Origin: Minisyncoccota bacterium
GTDB taxonomy: Bacteria; Patescibacteriota; Minisyncoccia; Phycocordibacterales; JABAAK01
Length of the DNA stretch: 64,000 bases
NCBI GenBank assembly: GCA_965222235.1
Contig: OZ244939.1
Coordinates: forward strand, 493,942-557,941
Direction: 5' to 3'
The notes beneath the pieces are model-generated. The model had not been told where the DNA came from and searched no databases. It saw nothing but the letters and a program-made list of their open reading frames with translations. Position numbers and translations under genes: made by a program. Positions 20,779 to 30,971 of this stretch are shown piece by piece; positions within the stretch are counted from its first letter, which is position 1, and each line of letters starts with the position of its first letter.

Positions 20779-20807
20779 TTGAAAAATGGGTCATATTGTG
20801 CTACTCT
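20779..20807 (+). promoter_or_regulatory. Putative sigma70 promoter of rplJ-rplL
   Basis: TTGAAA-17 bp-TACTCT with upstream TG, just before the L10 leader. Confidence 0.55.
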
Positions 20808-20813
20808 AGAAGC

Positions 20814-20894
20814 AAGGTCCAAAGACAGCGGGTATCCGAATACATACGGAGTAAAGCCTGCCGAGGTCACTCAATTTTTGCAGAGCCGGACCTT
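20814..20894 (+). promoter_or_regulatory. Ribosomal protein L10 leader (autoregulatory RNA)
   Basis: aaggtcc...ggacctt closing stem with the AAGACAGCGGG...CCTGCCGAGG core typical of L10 leaders, upstream of rplJ. Confidence 0.8.
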
Positions 20895-20907
20895 AAGCAC
20901 AAAAAAT

Positions 20908-21396
20908 ATGGCAATAACACGAACAAAGAAAGAATCTGTTGTTGAGAAAATAAAGAATATAATTTCAGATGCACACACTGTCGTTTTCGTCCGCTTTGAC
21001 GCGGTTACCTCGGAGGAGGTGAATACACTGCGCGGCGCGTGCGACACCGAGGAAGTGGGGTATCTGGTTGCCAAGAAAACACTGATAAAAAAAGCATGCG
21101 GAAAAGCGGATATTGACGGAGAGTTTCCCGTATTGGACGGAGAGATTGCCGTTGCATACGGCGCCGATATCCTCGCCCCCGCCCGGATTATGGGCGAACA
21201 GGGAAAGAAGCTGGGCGACCGCGTACACATTCTCGGCGGCATATTTGACGGAACATATGTGTCGCAGGAATACATGCAGTCCGTTGCTGACATCCCGCCG
21301 CTCAAAACGCTCTATGCCCAGTTCCTCATGGTCATCCGTGATCCGATACGGGGCTGCGCATCCGCACTCAGCCAGACTGCCGACAGGAAAGCATAA
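20908..21396 (+). CDS. rplJ: 50S ribosomal protein L10
   Basis: MAITRTKKESVV, VAKKTL and GGIFDG motifs; upstream of rplL. Confidence 0.95.
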   Translation: MAITRTKKESVVEKIKNIISDAHTVVFVRFDAVTSEEVNTLRGACDTEEVGYLVAKKTLIKKACGKADIDGEFPVLDGEIAVAYGADILAPARIMGEQGKKLGDRVHILGGIFDGTYVSQEYMQSVADIPPLKTLYAQFLMVIRDPIRGCASALSQTADRKA

Positions 21397-21417
21397 TATT
21401 CACCACCATCATTACAT

Positions 21418-21900
21418 ATGACAGAAGAAGAAAAAAACAAAACACAGACCGAAGAAACACAGACGGAAGCACCGGCCGAAGCTCCGAAAGAAAAAACACC
21501 CGACGAGCCGGAAAGCAAAGAAGTTGAAGTACCGGAAAAATTCAAGAGTATCGTCGGGGAGATAGAGAGTATGAGCGTGCTTGATCTTCATGAGCTGGTC
21601 AAAATATTTGAAAAGAAATTTGATGTCTCGGCAACCGCGGTTGCAGCGGCGCCTGCAGCGGCGGGAGACGGCGATGATGATTCAGGCGGCGGTCTGGTTA
21701 CCGTTACCCTTGAGGATGCCGGCGCGAACAAGATACAGGTCATCAAGATTGTGAAAGAAACCCTCGGTCTCGGCCTGAAGGAGGCGAAGGATATCGTTGA
21801 TGCGGCGCCGAAACCCCTGAAAGAGGGCATCGTACAGGATGAGGCGAACGAGCTGAAAGAGAAACTTGAAGGAGTCGGCGCGAAGATCAGCATCGGATAG
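21418..21900 (+). CDS. rplL: 50S ribosomal protein L7/L12 with an acidic N-terminal extension
   Basis: [34 protein letters not shown] motifs. Confidence 0.96.
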   Translation: MTEEEKNKTQTEETQTEAPAEAPKEKTPDEPESKEVEVPEKFKSIVGEIESMSVLDLHELVKIFEKKFDVSATAVAAAPAAAGDGDDDSGGGLVTVTLEDAGANKIQVIKIVKETLGLGLKEAKDIVDAAPKPLKEGIVQDEANELKEKLEGVGAKISIG

Positions 21901-21922
21901 CGAACATATATTCTCAGCACCG

Positions 21923-21954
21923 GCACACAAAGCACCTTCGGGTGCTTTGTGTGC
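21923..21954 (+). terminator. Terminator hairpin after rplL
   Basis: gcacacaaagcacc-ttcg-ggtgctttgtgtgc, a perfect 14-bp stem. Confidence 0.8.
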
Positions 21955-21968
21955 GTGTGATACAATGT

Positions 21969-22610
21969 ATGGATATGAACAATAAAGATCCGCTCAACAC
22001 CATCATCGGCGACCCGGTTCGCGTGAAAATGTTGCGGCTTTTTGCGCTCAATCAGGATACGATATATACCGTGAAGGAATTCATCAAAAGTCTCAAAAAA
22101 CGTGAGAATACGGTGAGGGAAACATTGCGCGACCTGGAAAAAGACGGCATCATTAAAAAGAAGAAAATACCGCAGACACGGAGAAAGAGCGAAGGTATCC
22201 GTGAAATGACGGGATACGGGTTTAATAAGCGGTATGCACATCAGAATATCCTGGAAAAAGTTATCAGAGAATCAATACCGACGGAACGGGACATGCTTGC
22301 GAAGAAGCTGTCGCGGGTCCCGGGCGTGCAGTGCGTCATTACCATGAATATATTTGTTGACACGCCGGATGTGCCGGCGGATGTCATCGTCGCCTCGTCG
22401 CAGAACAATGAACCGCTGCTGCAGGGGCTTGTCCGGGAAACAGAGAAGTCAATCGGCAGGGAGCTGCGCTGCGTGTTTATGACGGTCAATGACCTGGTGC
22501 ACCGTATTCAGGTCAATGATAAATTTATCAGGGATATACTGAACGGCCAGCACTCCGTTCATCTTGACCGTCCGGGCGTTTTCAGTAATTGGGCGGAGCG
22601 TGTCCTGTAG
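21969..22610 (+). CDS. Winged-HTH protein with a degenerate nucleotidyltransferase-like C-terminal domain
   Basis: N-terminal RVKMLRLF...RETLRDLEKDGII wHTH pattern; C-terminal ADVIVA...EKSIGRELRCVFMT. Confidence 0.6.
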   Translation: MDMNNKDPLNTIIGDPVRVKMLRLFALNQDTIYTVKEFIKSLKKRENTVRETLRDLEKDGIIKKKKIPQTRRKSEGIREMTGYGFNKRYAHQNILEKVIRESIPTERDMLAKKLSRVPGVQCVITMNIFVDTPDVPADVIVASSQNNEPLLQGLVRETEKSIGRELRCVFMTVNDLVHRIQVNDKFIRDILNGQHSVHLDRPGVFSNWAERVL

Positions 22611-22742
22611 CACGGCGCGGTCTCAGGACGTTTTTCACAGGTATTGACGGATGGAAAAGAACCCTGAAAAATAGCGGTATACTGTATTTGTAGCGGGCCG
22701 GACGGCTCTCTACGGAATTATTATAGATCTATAAGAATTAAT

Positions 22743-23420
22743 ATGGTAAATTTAGATTTTCTTTCAAATAGTGCGCGTGAACTGGTGGAGATTCCGTTTT
22801 ACGTGATACCGGAACTGATAATCGCAGTGGCCATCTTTGTCATAGGTTGGATTGTCGGATGGTTGGTGGAGCGGGTTGTTCATTCAGTATTTCGTGCGCT
22901 GCCGTTCTTCGATGAAGCATTGAAGAATATCGGACTGGAAGAAGTGCTGAAACGGGCAAATATCCGGGTTGATCTCGGAAAATTCTTCGGGGTGCTGCTG
23001 AAGGTGTTCATCATCTTCATCTTCCTCGTCGCCGCCCTGGAAGTTCTCGGACTGGAATCAGTTAACCAGTTCTTGACTGAACAGGTGCTTAATTACATTC
23101 CGAATATCGTCTCCGCAGCCCTGATTGTAGTGATCGGTCTCATCGCCGCGAACTTTGCCAGCAAATTTGTTGCCGGCTCCAGTCGGGCCGCCAAGGTTGA
23201 AGGAGGTGTTGCCGCGAAAATCACCCAGTGGGCGATTGTCGTTTTCTCCATCCTCATCGCTCTCGGTGAGCTCGGTATCGCCAATGAGATTATCCAGAGC
23301 ATGATTGTCGGCATCATTGCCGCACTCTCGCTCGGGATCGGTCTGGCATTCGGTTTGGGCGGTCAGCAGGTCGCTGCCGACTTCCTTAACCGACTGAGGA
23401 ATGACATTGAACGGGGATAG
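22743..23420 (+). CDS. CmpX-like / mechanosensitive-channel TM-helix repeat membrane protein
   Basis: Repeated IPELIIAVAIFVIGW / YIPNIVSAALIVVIG helices; GLAFGLGG. Confidence 0.8.
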   Translation: MVNLDFLSNSARELVEIPFYVIPELIIAVAIFVIGWIVGWLVERVVHSVFRALPFFDEALKNIGLEEVLKRANIRVDLGKFFGVLLKVFIIFIFLVAALEVLGLESVNQFLTEQVLNYIPNIVSAALIVVIGLIAANFASKFVAGSSRAAKVEGGVAAKITQWAIVVFSILIALGELGIANEIIQSMIVGIIAALSLGIGLAFGLGGQQVAADFLNRLRNDIERG

Positions 23421-23441
23421 CACTGAGAATCACCTGCTATG

Positions 23442-23472
23442 CAAAATGCTCCGCGTTATGCGGGGCATTTTG
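23442..23472 (+). terminator. Terminator hairpin
   Basis: caaaatgctccgc-gttat-gcggggcattttg. Confidence 0.65.
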
Positions 23473-23588
23473 TTGTATATACCCAATACGCCACACTATT
23501 CAGCGGTGAATAGCATTGTGGAGTTCCTTCGATACCGTGACAGAATGGTGATATATTCTATATACCTGAACGATGATATACTGCCGGT

Positions 23589-25958
23589 ATGTATGATCAT
23601 AAGGATATAGAGAAGAGATGGCGGAAGCGCTGGGAGGAGGACAACACATATACCACCGATGACGATCCGGTGAAAAAGAAGTGCTATACGCTGGTGATGT
23701 TTCCGTATCCGTCCGGAGACGGGCTGCATGTCGGTCATGCGCGCATCTACATCGGTGCTGATATCTATGCCCGCCTGAAACGGATGCAGGGATACCGGGT
23801 ACTCCATCCTATGGGGTGGGATGCATTCGGTCTGCCGGCGGAGGAATACGCCATCAGGCACAAACAACATCCCCGGGAATCGGTCGAAAAGAATATAGCG
23901 ACATTCAAGGAGCAGTGCAGACACCTCGGACTGTCATATGACTGGGACCGGGAAATCAACACCACCGATCCCTCGTTCTATACCTGGACACAGTGGATTT
24001 TTCTCAAACTTTTCAAAAGGGGGCTGGCGTATGAGTCAAACGCACCGGTGAACTGGTGTCCGTCCTGCAAAACAGGCCTTGCCAATGAGGATCTGGAGGG
24101 GGGGCGCTGCGAGCGGTGCGGCTCGTCAGTGGAGCGCAGGTCAATCCGGCAGTGGGTCCTGCGGATCACGGACTATGCCGACCGCCTGCTGGATGATCTG
24201 AACTCGCTGCCCGGATGGTTTGATTCGGTGAAGGAGGTGCAGCGGAACTGGATCGGCAGAAGCGGGGGGTACACAATCCCTTTCACACTCCGGCCGGTCA
24301 ATACGACAATTGATATATTCACCACCCGACCGGACACACTCTACGGCTGCTCTTTCATCGCCCTCTCCCCGGAAAATCCGGTCATCGCCGCCCTGCTCCC
24401 CCATACGAAAAACAGGGAGGAGGCGGAGGCATACCGCACCCGGGCATTTACCGCCAAAGCGCAGGAGACGGAGAAGGAACAGACCGGTGTGCGGCTGCTG
24501 GGCATTCATGCACTGCATCCGATAACTAAAAAAGAGATTCCGGTATATATCGCGGATTTCGTACTCGGAGGATACGGCACCGGCACCCTATTCGGCTCAC
24601 CGGCGCATGACGAACGGGATTTCGCCTTTGCGAAACGGTACGACCTTCCCATTACGCAGGTAGTCGCCGGTACGGGCGACCTTCCGCTGACTGACACGAC
24701 TCCCGACGCGCCGCTGATGCATTCGGAGGAATACAACGGCATGCCGTCGGAGCGGGCGAAGCCGGTGCTCACTGATGCCGCCGGCGGAAAGAAAACGACG
24801 GCATACCGGCTGCAGGACTGGGTATTTTCCCGACAGCGGTACTGGGGCGAACCTATACCGCTCATCCATTGCGGGCAGTGCGGTATTGTACCCGTGCCCG
24901 AAGAGGATCTGCCGGTGGTCCTGCCGGACATTGATGCATATGAGCCGACCGGAACGGGCGAATCGCCGCTTGCCCTGGTGGAGGATTGGGTGAATGTTCC
25001 CTGTCCGTCCTGCGGGGCGCCGGGCAGGCGGGAGACGAACACCATGCCACAGTGGGCGGGGTCATCCTGGTACCATCTGCGGTATATTGATCCGCACAAC
25101 AACACCGAACTATGTGCAGCAGACCGGGAAAAGGAATGGATGCCGGTTGATATATACACCGGCGGCATGGAGCATGCAGCGCGGCATCTCATTTACGCCC
25201 GCTTCTGGCACAAGGTACTCAGGGACATCGGCGCGGTGAGCACGGATGAGCCGTACAGCAAGCTCAGAACGGTCGGTATCGTGCAGGCGGAAGGCGGCGG
25301 CAAAATGAGCAAGCGTCTCGGCAATGTTATCAATCCGATCTCCGTTGCCGACGCAGTCGGTACCGATGCACTGCGCATATATATTGCACACATTGCGCCG
25401 TTCTCTCAGACCGTGGCATGGGACAGCCGTGCCGTGGCCGGACCGAGACGGTTCCTTGAGCGTGTCTGCACGCTGCGGAAGCGCGTTCAGGACGGTGTGC
25501 CGGATCGGGAAACAGAGCAGCTGCAGCATCAGACGATTCGTTCAGTGGTCGGTGATATTGAGACGTACCGTTTTAACACGGCTGTCTCGGCGCTGATGAT
25601 TTTTGCCAAGGCGCTGTCAGAGGCGGATACCGTTTCCCGGGACAGCTATACCGTCCTCATACAGCTGCTCGCGCCGTTTGCGCCGTATCTCGCGGAGGAG
25701 CTGTGGAGCGGTATGGGGCATATCGGATCGGTACACCGCTCAGGGATGCCGGTCGGAGACGAAATGCTTGCCCGGAAGGATACAGTGGCTGTGGCCGTAC
25801 AGATTAAGGGCAAAACCAGGGGTACCGTCACGGTTCCCCGGGGGAGCGGACAGCTCCTGGTTAGGGAACAAATAGCCCAGAATAAGCGTTTGTCAGCCGC
25901 CACAGCAGATCTGTCGGTCAGGGCATATGTGGAGGACAGAATCATCAGTTTTGTGTGA
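23589..25958 (+). CDS. leuS: Leucine--tRNA ligase
   Basis: MFPYPSGDGLHVGH, GWDAFGLPAE, FTTRPDT, SRQRYWGEPIP and KMSKR motifs. Confidence 0.97.
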   Translation: MYDHKDIEKRWRKRWEEDNTYTTDDDPVKKKCYTLVMFPYPSGDGLHVGHARIYIGADIYARLKRMQGYRVLHPMGWDAFGLPAEEYAIRHKQHPRESVEKNIATFKEQCRHLGLSYDWDREINTTDPSFYTWTQWIFLKLFKRGLAYESNAPVNWCPSCKTGLANEDLEGGRCERCGSSVERRSIRQWVLRITDYADRLLDDLNSLPGWFDSVKEVQRNWIGRSGGYTIPFTLRPVNTTIDIFTTRPDTLYGCSFIALSPENPVIAALLPHTKNREEAEAYRTRAFTAKAQETEKEQTGVRLLGIHALHPITKKEIPVYIADFVLGGYGTGTLFGSPAHDERDFAFAKRYDLPITQVVAGTGDLPLTDTTPDAPLMHSEEYNGMPSERAKPVLTDAAGGKKTTAYRLQDWVFSRQRYWGEPIPLIHCGQCGIVPVPEEDLPVVLPDIDAYEPTGTGESPLALVEDWVNVPCPSCGAPGRRETNTMPQWAGSSWYHLRYIDPHNNTELCAADREKEWMPVDIYTGGMEHAARHLIYARFWHKVLRDIGAVSTDEPYSKLRTVGIVQAEGGGKMSKRLGNVINPISVADAVGTDALRIYIAHIAPFSQTVAWDSRAVAGPRRFLERVCTLRKRVQDGVPDRETEQLQHQTIRSVVGDIETYRFNTAVSALMIFAKALSEADTVSRDSYTVLIQLLAPFAPYLAEELWSGMGHIGSVHRSGMPVGDEMLARKDTVAVAVQIKGKTRGTVTVPRGSGQLLVREQIAQNKRLSAATADLSVRAYVEDRIISFV

Positions 25959-26130
25959 GAAACGAGCGGTTGGGCAGGAAACATTGAAAAATAAGGGTTT
26001 TATACCGTTTTTTCCGAAAAAAGTTGTGTATTATGAGGATTTGTTATAGTATATACTCATACAACCATATATAAACGAACCCCGGGTCTCACAGTCAGAC
26101 CCCCGATTTGTGTGGTTGTTATACACAGGT

Positions 26131-27144
26131 ATGAAACTACAAATAAAAGAAATCGTAGACAAGTCCATGGAAGCGCTCACAAAACAGCAGCGTGAGGTTC
26201 TCACGTTGCGGTACGGGCTGAACGGCAGGAAGCGGCTGGTGCTGCAGGAAATAGCCGATGAATACTCGCTCACCAGGGAGCGTATCCGGCAGATAGAGGT
26301 AAGTGCTCTTGAGCGTCTGCGCCGGGATGACTGCATTCAGCTGCTTGCGGAGACCATTGAGCATCTTGAAAAGACGCTGTATGCCTGCGGCGGTATTGCC
26401 GACGAAGACAGCATATGCCTGTCCTGCAGCCTCGCGACCAGGGTTGAAAAGAAATATATACACCTTCTCCTGCACATCAGCGACACATTCCACCTCTCAG
26501 CGAAGACGGACAGTATGGAGCCGTACTGGTTCACCGATGCGGAGCGAAACAGGGCGGTGGGTGCCGTTATGGACGAGATGCATGACATGTTTGAAAAGAA
26601 CAGCGGTCTGGTGGTCAGCGAAGAGGAACTGCGGGACATGTTTGATGATGTCGCGAAAAAGCATGACGGTTCGCTGGACTGCATGAACACGATCAAGTTT
26701 TCCAAAAAGATTAAGAAAAATATACGCGATCAGTGGGGATCAAAAAAGAACCCCGAAATCTCACTGTCCCGTCTGGCGGGCTACATCCACATCGTGCTGC
26801 GCGAGGCGGGTGAGCCGCTGCATTTTAATGAAATCGCGAGGCGGGTCATTGAGATTAAAGGTGCGCCGTGCAATCCGGGCAGCTGTCATAACGAACTGGT
26901 GCGGTCCGATGACTTTACGCTCGTCGGCCGGGGACTGTACACCCTGAAACAGGCCGGCTACCAGTCCGGATCTATATATGATGTTATCATCGCCGCCATG
27001 AAAGAGCGGGGACCGATGCGCAAGGAGGAGATACTCAGGCATATAAGCGGGCAGCGACAGGTGAAACCCGAGTCGGTCATCCTGACGCTGTACAAGAAGA
27101 AGTTCAAAAAGAACGACGACGGCACCTACTATTTCATCACATAA
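26131..27144 (+). CDS. Sigma-70 region-4 HTH protein with C-terminal winged-helix (RNAP-delta/HARE-like) domains
   Basis: LRYGL...LQEIADEYSLTRERIRQIE; C-terminal EPLHFNEIA...HNELVRSDDFTLVGRGLY. No sigma region 2. Confidence 0.8.
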   Translation: MKLQIKEIVDKSMEALTKQQREVLTLRYGLNGRKRLVLQEIADEYSLTRERIRQIEVSALERLRRDDCIQLLAETIEHLEKTLYACGGIADEDSICLSCSLATRVEKKYIHLLLHISDTFHLSAKTDSMEPYWFTDAERNRAVGAVMDEMHDMFEKNSGLVVSEEELRDMFDDVAKKHDGSLDCMNTIKFSKKIKKNIRDQWGSKKNPEISLSRLAGYIHIVLREAGEPLHFNEIARRVIEIKGAPCNPGSCHNELVRSDDFTLVGRGLYTLKQAGYQSGSIYDVIIAAMKERGPMRKEEILRHISGQRQVKPESVILTLYKKKFKKNDDGTYYFIT

Positions 27145-27197
27145 GCAAAAAATACGCAGGGTGTCGCTGTGCCGGCGGAGGGTGCGGTATACTGAAA

Positions 27198-28679
27198 GTG
27201 TTTACCGAAAATACCGTGTTCACTATATTCAGAGACAGTATCCATATTCCGTTCGCCAAGATTGGCTTCATGTCCCTATTTCTCGCCTACGGCTCCTGGA
27301 TTCTGTACAACATCATCACGCCGACCTACACGGTCAATGCGTTCTTTTCCAACCCGTCATCGTTTATCGCCCTGAAGTTTCTGGTGGTGTATCTGGCCTT
27401 TTCAACTGTTATCATTCTGCTTGTCGCTGCGGCGCTCTATGCCTACATTGAAATCGGCCGCTATAAACAGCAGGTCGCGTTTCTTTCCGAGAAACGGTCC
27501 CTTCTGGAAGTTCGCATGCCGGAGGACACACCGGAGACCCTGGCGGCCATGGAGGCGGTGCTGGAAATGATCTCGTACGGCACCGGAGAAGGGCTGTGGT
27601 TCCCGGTCTGGTGGAACGGGATGAAACGGCCGGTGTATTCCTTTGAGATTGTCTCCCGCGGCGGCGCGGTGTCATTCATCATTAACACGCGTGAAAGTCT
27701 TGTTGATGCGATTCGCTCCGCCATTTTCGCCTTCTATCCGAAAGCACAGGTGCTTGAAACAGATGAATATGCATATGATGTTGAATATACCGAGGAGACG
27801 CACAGCCTATTTTCATTTGAATGGAAGTTCTCAAAAGACGGCGCGCTGCCGATAAAGACATATGTTGAGTTTCAGCTGGAGAAAAGAAACAACCCCGGGG
27901 CATTGGAGAGAACGGATCTGCAGCGGCAGCCGTCGCCGCTCGTTGATCCGCTCGCGTCGCTCTATGATCTGCTCGGATCAATACGGGGAGATGAGCAGAT
28001 ATGGGTGCAGTATGTGTTCCGCACGCAGAAGTATGCCCGCCCGAAGGAAGGGGACGCGGACGATCCGACGGAGCAGGGATACTGGAAAAAACAGAAACTG
28101 CCGGAGGAAATTCAGGACGCTCTCATCGCGTTGGAGAAGAAAGCACGGGAAGCGGATAGTGATAATCCGGTGGTACTGACTGAATCGGAGAAGCGACTCC
28201 GGGAGATAGGGCCGCGACTCCGGGAGAAGCAGGCGCTTGAAGTCGGCATCCGGGTAGTGTACATAGCATCCAAGGAGCACTTCACACCCGTTCGTATAGC
28301 ACCCATGATCACGATATACAAACTGACAAACACCGGTGACAATTCGCTCATACCGCACAGCACGATACTTGACAATGTATACCAGATTCCCGCTCTTGAG
28401 CCGCCCAGAAAGGATAAGGACGCGGAGAAAAAGCTCCTCCTCCAGCTGTTCCGTGACCGTATGTTCTGGTTCGCCCCCGCGCTTTATGCGTACCAGGCAT
28501 CGGACGAGAGGCCGTTCTCAAAAAAACTGGGTGATCCGTCAAAGAAGCGAATCAGCACGGTGATGACGACCGAAACCCTCGCGACCATCTGTCATTTTCC
28601 GACAGTACATATTAAAACCCCGTCAGTACAGCGCGTACTCTCCACGGTCGTCGAGCCGCCGGAAAATCTGCCCGTGTAG
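27198..28679 (+). CDS. Conserved hypothetical membrane protein
   Basis: Two N-terminal TM helices; LLEVRMP, SFEIVS, PIKTY, DPLASL and LATICHFP motifs. Function unknown. Confidence 0.7.
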   Translation: MFTENTVFTIFRDSIHIPFAKIGFMSLFLAYGSWILYNIITPTYTVNAFFSNPSSFIALKFLVVYLAFSTVIILLVAAALYAYIEIGRYKQQVAFLSEKRSLLEVRMPEDTPETLAAMEAVLEMISYGTGEGLWFPVWWNGMKRPVYSFEIVSRGGAVSFIINTRESLVDAIRSAIFAFYPKAQVLETDEYAYDVEYTEETHSLFSFEWKFSKDGALPIKTYVEFQLEKRNNPGALERTDLQRQPSPLVDPLASLYDLLGSIRGDEQIWVQYVFRTQKYARPKEGDADDPTEQGYWKKQKLPEEIQDALIALEKKAREADSDNPVVLTESEKRLREIGPRLREKQALEVGIRVVYIASKEHFTPVRIAPMITIYKLTNTGDNSLIPHSTILDNVYQIPALEPPRKDKDAEKKLLLQLFRDRMFWFAPALYAYQASDERPFSKKLGDPSKKRISTVMTTETLATICHFPTVHIKTPSVQRVLSTVVEPPENLPV

Positions 28680-28715
28680 CGCATATGTAAGGTATACTGC
28701 ACACGATATGCATCT

Positions 28716-29735
28716 ATGAATCTCCCAGCGTTTTTGTATAAATACAGAGTACTCCTCCGGTCGCCGTATGCAACAGGCGTCGCCGCTTTTTCCGTGCTCT
28801 GCGTCGGTATCCTACTGTTCTCCGCACCGCTTGAAAAGGATGCCTTCTATCCCCAGGTATTTGTCGTCTCAAAAGGGGAGAGTATCCGTTCCGTCGCCGA
28901 ATCGCTCCGGGAAAGGCATCTCATCAGTTCTCCCTCGCTGTTCATTCTTGTAAACTACGCGGTCGGCGGGAAGATTCTATACGGTTCATACCATTTCTCG
29001 GAGCCGAAAGGGATGCTCTCCCGCGCCCGCGAGCTGTATTTCGGCGAGAACAACACGCTTCTGCATCGCGTAATCATACCCGAAGGCAGCAATCTGTATG
29101 ACATAGCGGATGTGTTTGAGGACAGGTTCCCCGCGTTTAATCGTGAGAAATTTGAAGCGGATGCGCTGGAAAAGCACGGCTATCTGTATCCTGACACCTA
29201 TTTCCTTGCCAATGACGATATACAACGGACCGATCAGATCATAGACATCATGACCGAGACATTTAACAGCCGTGCGGGGGATCTGCTCGCAACATATCGC
29301 GGTGATTTCTCGAGGAATGAGATCATCACGCTTGCCTCCATCGTTGAGCTTGAGGCGCACCGGCAGGATGACCGTCGGCGCATAGCGGGCGTACTGTTCA
29401 ACCGTCTGGAACAGGGGCTGCCGCTGCAGGTGGATGTCTCATTCCTCTTCATCAGCGGCAAGGACACCTTTGATCTCAGCCGGACCGATCTAAGCACGAG
29501 CGATCCGTCAAATACCTACAAGTATCGCGGCATACCGCCGATACCGATCACCAATCCGAGCAGGGAGGCGATAGAGGCGGTGCTGGATCCTATACCATCT
29601 GACGATCTCTTTTTCCTTGCTGACTTCTACGGTACAACCCACTTCAGCGAGACCTACGAGGAGCACCTCAGGAAGAAGTATAAATATATTGACAGGGTCA
29701 AAAACAGCATTACAAAAAAGAAGCAGGAGGAATAG
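28716..29735 (+). CDS. mltG: Endolytic transglycosylase MltG
   Basis: IPEG, GYLYPDTY, LASIVELE, LQVD, NTYKYRGIPPIPITNP and FSETYEEH motifs. Confidence 0.95.
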   Translation: MNLPAFLYKYRVLLRSPYATGVAAFSVLCVGILLFSAPLEKDAFYPQVFVVSKGESIRSVAESLRERHLISSPSLFILVNYAVGGKILYGSYHFSEPKGMLSRARELYFGENNTLLHRVIIPEGSNLYDIADVFEDRFPAFNREKFEADALEKHGYLYPDTYFLANDDIQRTDQIIDIMTETFNSRAGDLLATYRGDFSRNEIITLASIVELEAHRQDDRRRIAGVLFNRLEQGLPLQVDVSFLFISGKDTFDLSRTDLSTSDPSNTYKYRGIPPIPITNPSREAIEAVLDPIPSDDLFFLADFYGTTHFSETYEEHLRKKYKYIDRVKNSITKKKQEE

Positions 29736-29857
29736 CTGACGAAATTTCACGCAGACTCACCGGAACTTTTAGTATGTATAATCTGACAGGTAAGCAATAC
29801 CCCCAATTGAATCGCGGGAAGCTGGCATAGCGTCCGTTAAATACATATAGTGGGGAT

Positions 29858-30925
29858 ATGAGACATAGCGGCAAAACAATAGCGGTTGCCATGTCCGGCG
29901 GCGTGGATTCGTCCGTCGCCGTGTACCTGCTGCAGCGGCAGGGATACGGCGTGCACGGCATCTTCATATACATACAGTCTCCGCCGCATGTGCCGTGTAC
30001 GGCCGCACGGGACCGGCAGGACGCTATGCGCGCCTGTGCCGCGATCGGCATACCGTTCACGGAATACGATGCCACGGCGGCGTATGAGAAAACGGTCATC
30101 AGACCGTTTGTTGAGGCATACCGCAGGGGAGACACGCCGAATCCGGATGTGCTGTGCAACACCCGCATCAAATTCGGTGTCGTGTATGATTTCCTGCGTG
30201 ATAGGGGGTTTGAGACGGTGGCGACCGGCCACTATGCGCAGATACGGAAGGAAGAGGGGCAGAACAGACTGTACCGTTCAGTTGACGAAGAGAAAGACCA
30301 GACATATTTCATCTACACGCTCCCGCGGGAGATACTGGACACCGTCATGTTCCCGGTCGGCGGGTACACAAAAGCGCAGGTGCGCGACATTGCCAAAAGG
30401 GTGCGTCTGCCGGCGGCGGACAAAAAGGACAGCGCAGGACTCTGTTTTCTCGGATCCGTTTCAATGAAGGAGTTTCTGTCCGCATATATGGAACTGAAGG
30501 AGGGTGAGGTGCGCCTGGCAGAAAGCGGGGAAACGGTCGGATCGCACAGCGGCGTTGCGGCGTACACAATCGGTCAGCGGCACGGCTTCACCACCACCGA
30601 CACCTTTCCGTATATCGTCATCAGAAAAGATATGCGAACAAACACGCTGTATGTCGCGAAACAGTACGAGCATGTGCCGTCTGAAACATCATTTCGTATT
30701 ATCGATACCGTCTTCCGCCGCGAACCGGAAGGAGAATTGACCGCGCGGCACCGGCACCGGGGCGAACTGTATCCGGTTGAAGTGAAAAAGGAAGATTCTT
30801 CAGCGACAGTTTCATTCCCGCACCCCCTCCATATCGCTCCCGGTCAGTCGATTGTCATCTACACACAGGCGGGGGAATGTATCGGCGGCGGTGTTGTGAG
30901 CGGTGCGGATCGGCATGTTTCCTGA
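29858..30925 (+). CDS. mnmA: tRNA 2-thiouridylase MnmA
   Basis: AMSGGVDSSV, TPNPDVLCN, ATGHYA, KDQTYF, TIGQR and APGQ motifs. Confidence 0.97.
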   Translation: MRHSGKTIAVAMSGGVDSSVAVYLLQRQGYGVHGIFIYIQSPPHVPCTAARDRQDAMRACAAIGIPFTEYDATAAYEKTVIRPFVEAYRRGDTPNPDVLCNTRIKFGVVYDFLRDRGFETVATGHYAQIRKEEGQNRLYRSVDEEKDQTYFIYTLPREILDTVMFPVGGYTKAQVRDIAKRVRLPAADKKDSAGLCFLGSVSMKEFLSAYMELKEGEVRLAESGETVGSHSGVAAYTIGQRHGFTTTDTFPYIVIRKDMRTNTLYVAKQYEHVPSETSFRIIDTVFRREPEGELTARHRHRGELYPVEVKKEDSSATVSFPHPLHIAPGQSIVIYTQAGECIGGGVVSGADRHVS

Positions 30926-30971
30926 TTCATATATACTCCTTCTGTTGCGGAAGTGATATATACTGTAATCA

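Noticed and set aside
26131-27144. A true sigma factor
   Set aside because: Only region 4 is present; there is no region 2 core-binding or melting motif.
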